Positions 1 through 12,400 of a DNA stretch of 64,000 nt are shown here, piece by piece; position 1 is the first letter of the stretch; each line of letters opens with the position of its first letter. Under the pieces are notes generated by a model. It was not told the origin of the DNA and made no database searches. It was given only the letters and a program-made list of their open reading frames with translations. Source of the DNA: Geosiphon pyriformis uo1 (taxonomy: Eukaryota; Fungi; Glomeromycota); assembly GCA_016748015.1 (NCBI GenBank), contig JAAOMT010000129.1:744001-808000 (forward strand), in the 5' to 3' direction. The translations under genes and the position numbers were made by a program.

Positions 1-3000
1 CTAAGTAATTTAATTACACCAGCCAAGAACTCTGAAACCAAACCAGAGACCGAGATAGAGATTGAGCCATCTACAGGGATTAGGCCATTCTTTTCCATGA
101 ATGTGTAATGTTTAGCACAAACCAACCAAATGTCATTCCTAAAGGCAAGACAAATAGATTGCACAAAATCAGAAATTCTAACACCAGCAACTTTGGGATT
201 ATGGAAGATGGAAATAGCCTCCCAAAGCCAACCATTAAAAACAAAACTCTTGTAAAAAGCTGAGAAAACTGGGAAATTCAAAGCACAGGTTGACAGCAGT
301 TGCAACACACCCAAAGAAGAAAGGGAGAGACCAGAAAGTGCCTTCCAAGAAAACATACAAGATTTCAAGATCTGATGACGAGCTGAATTATCAACTACAC
401 AAGAAAACACATGGTCAAACACTTCCACCTCACCACAATACAGACACAAAACACTAGGGTAATATTTGTCATAAATACACTTCTGAATAGCTATGAGAAG
501 CTGATGGTGCAAAGCCTTCATGAGGTAAGTTCGAGTATTAGCAGTCAGCCTGCTGGTAAAACCAGTGGCCATATGCAAATCAGAATGCCAAACTCTGGAA
601 AAACAAAGCCAATCAACATCTGAACACAAATCACCATCTAGAAATCTAGAACCAGATTTGACCTTCCAATGTGCTTGACAAACAACATGAAAAACATCAT
701 GAACAAAATGCCTAGAATTACCAGATACAACATCACCATCTGCCAATAAAAAATGTTTATCAACATGAGGAGGAAAATACCAACCAGAGAGAGATGCAGT
801 GTCAATAAAGCTATCAATGTAATCATTCCTCAAGATACCAGAATGGCTCTTAACCTTGCACCATTTAACTCTCAAATTCTTACTGCGAATAACATTCCTA
901 ATATGCCAACGCTCGACCCAACACTAATTGCAAAAATCAGGATACACTAGGTCAAACTCTGACCTGCAAGTATCCAAAGCTGTCTGATTATTCGAAAACA
1001 GATGGACAGAACGAGCTGCAGGCATGCACTCTAGAGCCAATGCAATAGCCTGCAGTTCTGCTAAAGTGGATAACATTAAGCCTTGAATACCAACACCCAA
1101 TCCCAAATTAATGTTCTCAAAAAAGGCAGCAGTTCCAGCTCTACAACCAATTGTGCCCAAATTTTTTACTGAACCATCCATATACACAGACAAGCTATCA
1201 ATGTCAACCCGAGAAAGACAATCACAGACAGATATAAAATCATTGGAACCATGAATGTCCAGAGGGCCAACACCAGCCAATGCCAAGGAAAAAAAATGAA
1301 AAGCCACAAGAAAAGCAACAGAAATATCAAACCAATTGGGAACTGAACCATGAGAGTCCAGCCTCTTCCATTTCTTAAAGGTGTGTTAGCTAAAAACACT
1401 ACCAAAACAATCATGAAACTGGTCCACGAAAACAATGCCATACTGCTGGAGAGAAGGTAAAATCTTACAAAACAGAGGCTCACTAAGAACAACAGACATA
1501 GATACTCTACTGTGAAACTAGAAAAAGCTGGCCAAAAAGCCATCCAAAGATAACTTGCAGTCAAAAAAAATATGAACCATACTAGCTAAGAAATTATTTG
1601 AAACATTGACATGAATATGAGCAAGGGAGACCAATAGGTGAATAGGTTGCCAATACTGAAGCTATAAGTTATGAGATCTGTGACTGAACAAGTGCCCCAA
1701 AATCCCACCAAAGTTTGCAAAACTAATAAGCAAGGCAACTTTACCCTCAGATTGACACTGTGAAAAAGACTTCAAACCATAAAAAGAGGTGTGGTGAATT
1801 GTATCACTAGGAAAGTTCGATAGAAGACCAGATTTTAGCTTCAAGCCTTTGCAAATTAAAACATCTCATTTGTTGTACACACCAATAAGAATAAAGCTAA
1901 ACTGTGTTCTATAGTTTACAATAGGGTAGAGAACTGCCAAAACCAAATACAAGAACTGTTTATCTAAGACAGCTTTCTTTAACACCAAATTAGTGAAAAA
2001 ACAAACATCTGAATGTGCTTTCACCAAATTAAGTTTGGAAAGGCTCTCTGTTGAAAGAAAAATACCCAAGTATCTATGAGACTCCCCCTTTTTGGTGATT
2101 GAAATAAGCAGACCACTGATAGTAAGAGAAAGATTGCTAACTCTGTTGTTAATAGGAATCACCACTGTTTTGTTGTTGTTAATTAAGATATCATTGATCT
2201 GAAAAAATTCACTGGCAATATTGAAAATATGTTGAGTAGTGTTTTGATTGCTACCAACCCAAATCGTATCATCAACAAAGGCACCAGCAACAAAAAAGGA
2301 AGAACATCCAGCACAAGACTTGGCACAACCATTTTTGAAAATAAAATGAAAATTCAGTCTATATCTACATACACTCTTCTAGCACTTGATCTCACACAAC
2401 AAAGAGTCATAAAATATTCACCACAAAAGGGGGAAGAAAACTTTTCCTTAATCTAGGCCATCCTGTACACAATAACCATTCGTCAAACCAAAATTAGTCA
2501 TAACCCAGTTGGTACGATCATTATAAATATTGCCAAAAAAACAAATAAATCTGCTACACATCTTAATCCTAACCAAACTATTTTTGAGATGTTTCCAGCC
2601 AACTGAATCATATGCTTTCCGCATGTTCTGCAGAACCAGCCAGAATTTTCAGTCCTTTTCTAAAGTGTCTTTAACCACTGAACCAATTGCGAAAATAAGA
2701 AACTGAGTTGTCATACTCTTTAAAACTGAGAAGTTGTCCCCACAAAGGATATCAAAAGCACTACATGCTGAGGAGATTCTGTCAGAAAGAATCTTAGAAA
2801 GAATTTTACAAGCTGTTTCAATCAAAGCAATAGGACAAATATTGGTTAAAACACCCTCTCACTCATATGGTTTGGGAATCATCAAGATCCAGGCCTCTTT
2901 CCAAGGGCCAGGCACCAATTCATTAGACAGACAAAGATTCAAAATCACCAAGAGCATATCCAGAACAGACTTATCGCAATGTTTCCAAAGTTCATTTGAG

Positions 3001-6000
3001 ATACCAGACAAACCAGCAGCTTTGCCATCAGGCAAGTCAGAAACCACTTCAAAGAACTTATCAAAACTAATCGGGCATATTACACCAGAAAAAGCCTCAT
3101 CAAAAACATAATCCAAAGGTTGATATTAACAGTGCCAATCAATCGAGATATCATCAACAACATAAGACTTCTTGGTCCATTCCTCTATGATTACATCCAT
3201 CTTAGACTTAACCAAATCAGGCTTCAAAATCAGATCATCATTAACCATTAGATGGTCTAGCACCACTTTACAGAAAGAACACTCTAGTACACTCCTGATC
3301 ATATGACTCTTGTTGACTTCAAAGCTCTTCATTCTCTTATCAATGGCAGACCTGATGTTAGCTTTCTTAGCTCTCAGAGATTCAGTGAGTTTGAAAGCAT
3401 GGTAAGACTTTCTAGCACCAAAAAGAGCAGAACAAATACAATCAGAACCAGCTCCAGAGTCCACCAGATTTTGAACAACAGAAGACTTGACATTGTCCAC
3501 AAAACTCCAACATTTCATAAGATAAACAAAGTATCCAGCATTTTCCTCACATAAAATCTTGACAATTCTAGAAACCAAAAGCTCTAATTTATGAAACTTT
3601 GAAGAATTCTTAGTGAAAATTTCATCAAACTCCTTGAACCACTTTTTTTTAAAAATTTCATTAGCCAAAAGAGTCATAATTTTGTGCATAACACACCACA
3701 TAGCATCCAAATCCGAAAACCTCACAGACACAGTGAATTTACCCAAGAACATTGCAGCATTTACCAGCGTAGAACGTTTAAAATTATTCTATTTGATTTT
3801 ATCAGCACCCTTAAAATTGAACTTCTATTAATTCTTATTTGCCTGTTTGCGAAGAGAGTTTAATCTTGTATCTAGAAGGCCACCCAAATCCAAAAACACA
3901 GAAACAGCTCTGTGATTCATGTTAAAATGCTCATTGACAACAAAAACACTATGTTGCATTATTGCATTCACCAGATTTGAGGAAACAAATACATAATCAA
4001 TCATTTTTGAAACACCCCGAGAATTGCTTCAAGTTGGTGCCTTAGCAAAAGAGCTCCCACCCAAAGAATTAACCAAACCCAAATCATGGCACCTTTTAAA
4101 ACTAACACACTTATGAAAGCCATCTTCATTAAAATCACCACCAAGAATGACAAAAGATAATTCATTTACAGCCCTTACAATCAAGGAATTGACTTTATTA
4201 GCTTGGGAAAATTGAGTAACCAAGAAGGCACCAGTATACAGACCCAGAATTAAAACCGAAAGTTTGTTTTTGAAAAGTAATCTAATGCAGAGAAGATGAC
4301 CTGGGACCTCAAAAATCTTATACACATGCCTGACCAAAGATCTGTTCATAACAATTACAACACCAGCACCTACATAACCAGAGTCCAAACCAGAAGAAAA
4401 CACACAAACATTATCAAATTTGTTGACCAATCAAGAGCGAGCCTTATTTTTTAACTTTGTTTTCATGAAAATCGAAACCAAATTGTCTATATCTTTATGC
4501 TATCTAACAATATCATCCTGTTTTGCAGGAATATTTATATCTCTAACATTGCATATAACAATCCTCCACATGAGATCACTCATTGAGAAGAAGTTAAAGA
4601 AGTGGCACTACCAGCCAAAGCCAAACTATTAAAGCAAGCAGACAAGCTCAACACAGATCTGGAGAGGCCATCCAGTATTTTTTCCAGTTTGACAACATGA
4701 GAGAATGCTGTTGAGTCCACAATCAGAACAATCTTGTTATTAGTGGCTTCACCCGAATTCACTCTCATCACTATATCCTCCCCTTAATTCTGTGATGGGG
4801 GGGGGGGGGGTTACCAGCAGCTGACATCCAGGGCTAGGCTGGGAAACTGTCAGCACAAGTGACTCCAACCTCTTAGCCAACTCACTAATCTGTTTCGCGA
4901 GGCTGACAAGACTGCTTTTAATACCAACCAGACATGATTCCAAGTTGTCCACAACTGGAGGAAGAGGTTTACCAATTTTATTAAAACCAAGAGACATACC
5001 AGCACCATGAGAAGCATGCACAGGAAGAGCATTAACTACTAACACCCAAGTTTTACCACTGAAAGCCAAAGGACAAGAAATAAGGACAGACTTTTTCACA
5101 TAAATCCTAGCCAATCTGAATTGGTCTTGGGCCAAAAGGGGAGCCTTTCTGCTGCCCAGAGCCACAGCATCCTTAACTGACCAACAATTAAGAGATGTAT
5201 GACCAAAACCTATGCAAATCGCACATGAAGCCTAAAAGAAACGAGACCAGTGAAAACTAACACTCTTTATAACTGGAGTCACTGTCATAGCACCAACCAA
5301 ATCCGATTTAGAGTTAAAGCACACAGTAGCACAGTGAACACAAAAATAACTGACAGAATTATGATCAATGAAGCAGGTCTTTCCACCAATAGAACCAATA
5401 AAATCTCACAAATCATGAGCAGTGGTTTCCATGGGGAGAATATACAGCAAGGCTCTGAAACTATCTTGGGCATCCCACAACTGTTTGTCAATATTAGCCC
5501 TGGCCACTCATACCGTATCTTTCCCAATTAGGATGGACCATTTAGCAGCTAACAGATCAGCTTGATTTTGATCCTTCAATTTGATAATTGCTTTCTGTCA
5601 CAAACTCACTAGTTGTATTTTGATTATCTTAATTACCCCAAATTTGGACACAGCTATACACACAACCTCTACAGATGTTCCCACTGGGATTTCTTTCAGC
5701 ACAATTGTCCGATTCATATGATTGTTGCCAGGGTGCTTAAGATTAGTGTTTACTACAATACCACAATTATTTGCCAATTTTGCTGTAGCCATCATTGCCT
5801 CATCAGAAGTAAAAAAAGCCTGAATTATTCCACCAAATTTTGAGAGGGTAGAGGCCCCCCCAAAACCATTTACACCAGAAAAAATTTTTCTGACATAAGC
5901 TAATTTCTCTTAAGATGACTTGCCAGTCACCACTTCAAGATTAATATCCAGAGCAAAAGATTTTCTGACTGAGATTTGCACCATATGTTTGAGAGAAAAA

Positions 6001-6570
6001 GGGGGAGGAAGAAAGAGTGATCCATCCAAAATATCATCATCATCATCATTTTCCATGCCAAAGTTAATAGTGCCAAGAGGCTTCTCAAGAGTATGCTTGG
6101 TAACAATTCTTTTGGGACTTTTAGGCATCATATTAGTATCAACACCACCAGATTCTTCTCTACTTTCTTGTCTAAAGCTAATTTTTTCAACCAGACATTC
6201 TTCCTCTATGTCAATGCTATCAAACTCAGTGGTATTACTAGTCTCTGAACTCCATGAACAACTATTCTAAACCTCAGAACCAACAACCTTACCACCAAAA
6301 CTATCTTCTAATGCATTATCTCTTCTCTTCTTCCTTGGAAGAACAGGCTTGAAGCTATCATTAGAACCAGAAACTTTAGCAGTCTTTTTTATAACTGCAA
6401 TACTACAGCCAACAGTGGCTTCGTAGTCAAGAATAAAGGGTTTGGATTTATCATATTGAATTGTGAAAATAACTTTTTTTTCAAAAAACTTTGACTCTTT
6501 TTTGGGAATTTTGGATGAAGAAGAGAAAAAAGTTTTATTTATTTTATAGAAAAATAACAATTTTATCAAT
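1..6570 (-). mobile_element. LINE (non-LTR retrotransposon) copy 1: ORF1, APE, RT, RNase H, CCHC; degenerate, 3' end beyond the window
   Basis: ORF1-like fragments at 4580-6420. APE motifs (CNVR, ILGGDFNED, KMIDYVFVS) at about 3900-4580. RT motifs (WKEAWILMIPKP, AGAFVDDTIW at about 2255-2290, HRYLGIFL). RNase H (VYMDGS, STLAELQAIALAL) at about 900-1200. Cys/His finger at about 400-460. Many stops. Confidence 0.92.
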
Positions 6571-8141
6571 AAAAACTAATATTAAACAATATTTTTTGAA
6601 AAAAACAACAATAAAAAATACAAAGATATTTTGTAAAAAAAACTTAATACAATTCTTGATTTATTAATAAAAACACAAATAATTGTTTTTGAAAAAATAA
6701 AATAAATTCAAAAAAAAATATACAAATCATTTTTTTAAATATTGATAACTTAGTTTTAAAATATTATTTAAACAAAAATAATATGTATAAAGATAAATTT
6801 TTTAGCCAATAGAAAAAACTTTTTATAATTAACAAAGTTTTAAACAATAGTTTTTATATTTTACAAAATTAATATAAAATAATTTTTAATAATTTAATCG
6901 GTATATAATATATAATTTAAAAATATTACAAATAATTTGATTAACTGTCTGTTATAATAATACTAATCCAAAAAATTAATAAAAATTATCAATAAATAAA
7001 TACACTATTTTTAAATAAAAATATTTTTAATTAATATAAACAATTATTTTCTGAATTAAAATAATTAAAAAACTTTTTATATTTTTTATAAATATTAAAT
7101 CAAAAATTATTTAAATACTACTTTAACTATTAAAAAACAAATTATTATAATTAATAACAGCAAAATATATACTATTATTAAATAAAAAAAACTATTATTA
7201 AAAGAAAAAAAACTGACAATAAAATAAATAAATACATAAATAATATATATAATTGTAATTATATTATTATTTTTTAATATATTTAAAAAAACAATTAAAA
7301 AAATTTTGCTCATAAATAAAAACTTGTCATATAAAAAACAATTAAAGTTTTATAATTAAGTTTTTTTAAATACTGTTATTAAAATTAAATATATATTTTA
7401 TTATTTTTAAGATTGTAAAATTTTTTATTATATTTGTTTTTGTTTTTATTTAATATTGTTTTTGTAATGTTTTATTAAAGTTTTTAGATAAAATTTTTAA
7501 AATTAAGTTAAAATCTAATAGTTTGTAATAATATATTATTGTTTATTTTAAATTATTTCTGGTTTTTAATGTTGTTTTAGCTTGTTAATATATTTTAGTT
7601 AAAAATAATATTCAAATTTTTTAAATAAAAAACTTGTAAATATTAATATTGTTATAAATATTAAAATTAAAATTAAAATTATTTGGTTATTAATTATAAA
7701 ATTGATTTTTTTGGTTTATTTAGATTTTTATTTAAATTTTTTGTTATGTTTAAAACTTTTATAAATTAATAAAATAATTTAATATTTTATGTTAAGATTA
7801 TTGTTTTTTAGAAATTATTTATGATTAATAATATATTTAAGTTTAATTAAAAATTTGGCAAAAACTTTTGCATTTTGCAAAAAAGATTAAAAGTTTAAAA
7901 TAAATTTAATAATTTATTTTTAAATAATAAAATAAATAAAAATTTTATTTTTTTATTAAATAATAATTTGTTAACTTGTTTATAATTTTTGTAAAAACTT
8001 TAAAACTAAGATATAAATAAAGATAAAAATAAAACTAAAATATAATTAATTAAATTTATAAAAAATAATGTAAAATTTTTTTATAAAGTATAATTTTAAA
8101 AAATTAATTATATATAAAAAACATATAAATTAGATAACTGA

Positions 8142-9134
8142 TATTACTCATAAAATATAAGAAGTATATTAGCATATAAATTAGCCAATTATAAGTAGAT
8201 GTAGTAAATATGGAATTCCAGGATTCCTCTCAGAAGAATCGCAGGATTCCAGGAATTGCAGAATTCTCACATGAGGAATTGCAGAATTCCAAGAATTCCA
8301 GGATTCTTGACATGAAGAATTGAGGAATTAAGGAATCTTAAATATGTATATATAGCAGTAGTATCAGAAATTAGAAAATTAGTCAATGGGACTTAGAGTC
8401 AATTGATTCGCGGAGTCAATTAGACTCATAAAATCAATTAGACTCGCAAAATCATAATTATTAAAATTACAAAAAAAAAAGAATTCTTTAGTGAGACCTC
8501 TCAGTTTAGATTTCATCTAGACAACTTTCCAAAACCACAAATAAATAACTGTTTGTTATCTCAAACCTGCTGCCACTATCAACATGAAGTGTTGATAGTA
8601 ATTGATACTTAACCACACTAGAACAATAGCTATTGATCATGGCTATTGACAGAATACTAACTTGCAAATTGCCTTGGCTTATTTCTTATTTTCTCTTTTA
8701 TCTTTTCTTTATTTTCTTTGTTGTCTACTAACTTGATTAAAGGATTTACTCTTAGAGGACTTACAGAGGAATAAAACTTACTTAAACAATACTTACTCTT
8801 GGAGGACTTACAAAGGAATAAACTTGCTTAAACAATACTTACTCTTGGAGAACTTACGGAGGAACTGATGTCAAGAAACAGCATTGATATACACTTATGG
8901 AGGATATTGTACCAGGAGAATCATCAACCATCAAGCTGAGCAAGCAATTGACGAAACTATGGTTTCAGGAAACTACTGATAAACTGTTACCATTGAATCT
9001 CTGTCCATTATATAAAGAACTCGATTGGAAAATCTTCAGATAAAATACCTTCAGATTATCATCGTCACCAATTACTTTGTATACCAAGTTACGGATTTGT
9101 TATTTACTCAACACCCCAAGAAACACCTGTAACA
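8142..9134 (+). mobile_element. Solo LTR (family A/D type)
   Basis: Starts TATTAC (decayed TGTTAC), ends TGTAACA. Flanks CTGA/CTGG form a 4-bp TSD with one transition. Both termini and the TATA region are homologous to 23941-24881. Confidence 0.85.
8745..8865 (+). repeat. About 47-bp tandem repeat (about 2.5 copies) inside the solo LTR
   Basis: Unit ttactcttggaggacttacagaggaataaaacttacttaaacaatac is repeated. Confidence 0.85.
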
Positions 9135-9449
9135 CTGGTTACATATAATAAAAAAATAAAAAACTAAAAACTTTAATATTAAAACACAAATTTATTCAGT
9201 AATAACAAGTATAATAAGAAAAAATAAATTAACAAACTCAATTTTAATAACAGTATTTAAAAATTTCTGAAATGTCAACTTTTACACAAAACAGCTTTAT
9301 ATTGCCTTTAATAACCAATTTGAAACCAGCAAAACCAAGCAACAACTGAAACACAGTTTTTACATAATTCAACTTAAGATTAAATCGACAATTTTGAATT
9401 TCTTTTTTGTAAGTAGCCACAATATGCAATCACATGAAAATTAAGGTTA

Positions 9450-12400
9450 TTAAAATCCAAGTTTAGTTTTAAAAATTAATGACCTATTTAGATCAGCAAC
9501 TGACCACATCCAATTTTTCTCTGGAGTTGTCAGTTGCAACTGCGAATAAAAGTCCTTTAAAGTATTGACGAAATATTGATGCTTTATAGGCTTAGCTATG
9601 TGCACCCGCCAAAAGGCGTGTGCACATAGCCACTTGGCATGATTTTTGTGGATCCAAGTTATCGAAGACTTTTCTTCACACGGGATCACATTGTAGATGC
9701 CTTTAATAGCATCTATAATGATCCCCATTACCAAGTCGTCAGAAAATTTGAGCCCACGAGAGCTCAACTCCTCCACATATTCGTCAAATTTCATTGCCCC
9801 GAGCAAGAAATTTTGATAGAGATTGACTCGGGCTGTCGCCACGGAGTTCAACCTCGTATTTAGGAAAATTTCTGAGCAATTCTTTTTCATGAATCTAAAA
9901 AAATCAATACTTTTGGTAAATTAAAGAGAAAGATTTTGAAAATCAAAGGGAAAAACTTACTGCTTTAGTTTTTTTTGGAACTCTGTGCTTGGAGAAATAT
10001 TCGACATGATCGTCATTTGATCTCGAAGTGGAGTCGAAAGAGTTCGAGAGTAATCACACTTGACCTCCAAATCTTTGGTATGAATTAAGAGGCCGCACCA
10101 CGGAAATTCGGTTGGCGATAATTTGACCTCTTCATGGTCGAAGTTTGCCAATGTTTTTTCAGGGTTTATGAAGCATCCATACTCAGGATGACCTACATCA
10201 ATTCAAATCAAATCTTAAATGTTGGCATTCTGCCTCAAGTTATGATGGAGATATAAAACGACAAACCTTCATTCATGAGCCTCAAGAAACGTATCGCCTG
10301 GGCTTTATCCGTGCTGATATAAAGGAAATCGTCCACCCATCGAAGCAGAACCTATATCGAAGGGAAAATAAATCTCGTAATTATTTAGGAAAAAAATGAA
10401 TAAAGGATTAAAAATATTAACCCCATCTTTATCAAGAAAATTTAATTTGGTTTTTTCGAGGTCCTCAAAGAAAAAACTATTTAATGCAAAATGGAGGTCT
10501 TAAATTAACAACGCCGGAATGGAAATAAGAAAAGCAATCTATCAACAAGCACAAACCTGCATAATAAAGATGATATTATCGAGCCTTGAGGTATCCCGAC
10601 TTTCTGCCGGTAATATTTATCTCCAACCTAAGGGTTGTTAGTTAACAACATCTATGAGACGTTGACACATTCATTTTAATAAGATATCTGCCTTTATGGC
10701 CTTACCTTCAAAATATGCTGTTTGATGTGGTTCTCAAGGAATTCGAGAGCTTCTTTAGCTTCTCGGTAAGGGTAAGAAACCCCATCTACAAACAACACAT
10801 GGCTCAATGATTCTGCTAATCTTTCAGCGATAAGTGGAAAGCAAGGAAAATCCTCTATATATTTACGGAAATGAATTAAATATGTAATGATCGGGTTTTA
10901 AATTATGACGAATTTATGAAGGAACTTGTCTTTAAACCTGCTGGACATGCTTTTTTGTCATATGTCTTGATATATTCATTGCCTATTGCAGACATCGTGG
11001 TGAATTTGATCATCTTGTAGCGACGCTATTGTTGATAAGTCATATAGAAGTTATCGAAAAACATTGAAAAATATAATTAAGTTTTTAATTTTAAGATTTA
11101 TACTTACACTCTGGAATAAATTCGATATGATTTGCAATAATAGATTTTGGTCGATCGAATCAAAGCAGCATCTTACATCCACTTTGGCGAAATACAGCTT
11201 TCTCCTGTAAAAAAAATTGTTAGCTTTGGCTAGTATATTCAAATTTAAAAAACTTACTTTTCGGGCAATTTTTTTTTGAAATCAACCAATCGCTTATAGA
11301 CATCTTTTGTACTCATGACCGTCCCATTTGAAAATTCTACTCTTCGCTCCTAAGGGTATTTTAGAATGAGGAAGAATCATTGTAGTTACATGCTTTAAAT
11401 TTTCGAAAATGGCGACATACTTTTTCCAAAGCCAATATTTTAAAAGCATCCAGTAAGATTTTATTCATCGTAATTTGATTTTTTTTAACCGTCAAGTCAT
11501 CATTTATATGAGAGAACGATTTCTTTGCAATGGGCCTATACCCATTCTTTTTTGGAACAAGACGGATAGAAGAAAAACTGGCTTTCGTTGTGGGAGAGAG
11601 TGGTTGTATTTTTTCCTATTGCAATCAAATAAATACTTCTTTAGAATTTTAGATCAAATGAAGTGGGAAGGCAACTGATTTTGAAGGAAAATTATTTACA
11701 CATTCAAGTTTTTCGAAATTGTTATTTAGAAAATGGGCAATTTCAATATCGGATACTTTGTGCCAGATGTCCTGTCGAAAATAGTAAACACGATGACCAT
11801 CATTTTGAATGTCAGTGATGTAGAAGTTGGTCTGTGAAGAGTTAGCGGAAAATTTCGTGAATTAATCATTTCAAGAAACCAGTTAAATTAATGAATAATA
11901 TTAGAGATTCATCTAACCCGAAGTAGTGGAATTAAGAGTCCTTCGAAAGTCCATTTTAAGAATTCTGATATAATCGCTTTGCGCTTAACCATATCACGGA
12001 CCGGCAACCATTTAGATTGTTTCATCTAAATAATTAAAAGAAAAAATAATTAGGAGATTCTCGCTAAATATTAACTTTGGAAAAATGAGTAATACCTTGT
12101 AGCCCTGAAGAACTTCATGCATAGAAATCGATTCATATCTTCCAAGAGAGAGGAATTTATCTACAACTACAAGAAATTTTGGTTTGACAATCAATAATCA
12201 AGAAAAATTGAATCAACTGGGGAAATACTTGCTTTTGAATATAGCGATTTTGTTGTCTTTACGCCCCCAAAATTTCTCAGGTATCAAACGATCTAGTACG
12301 CCCTTGACAAATTTGGATACCTGATCCAAAGGACAAGAGATATCCTTTGGATTTCCAGTATTTATAGCATCATCCTTATTTGATACAGGAGAATGTCAGG

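Noticed and set aside
7107-7313. Hydrophobic Ile/Phe-rich ORFs in AT-only DNA (also 28596-29100 and 56261-56788)
   Set aside because: Compositional artifacts of eroded repeats.
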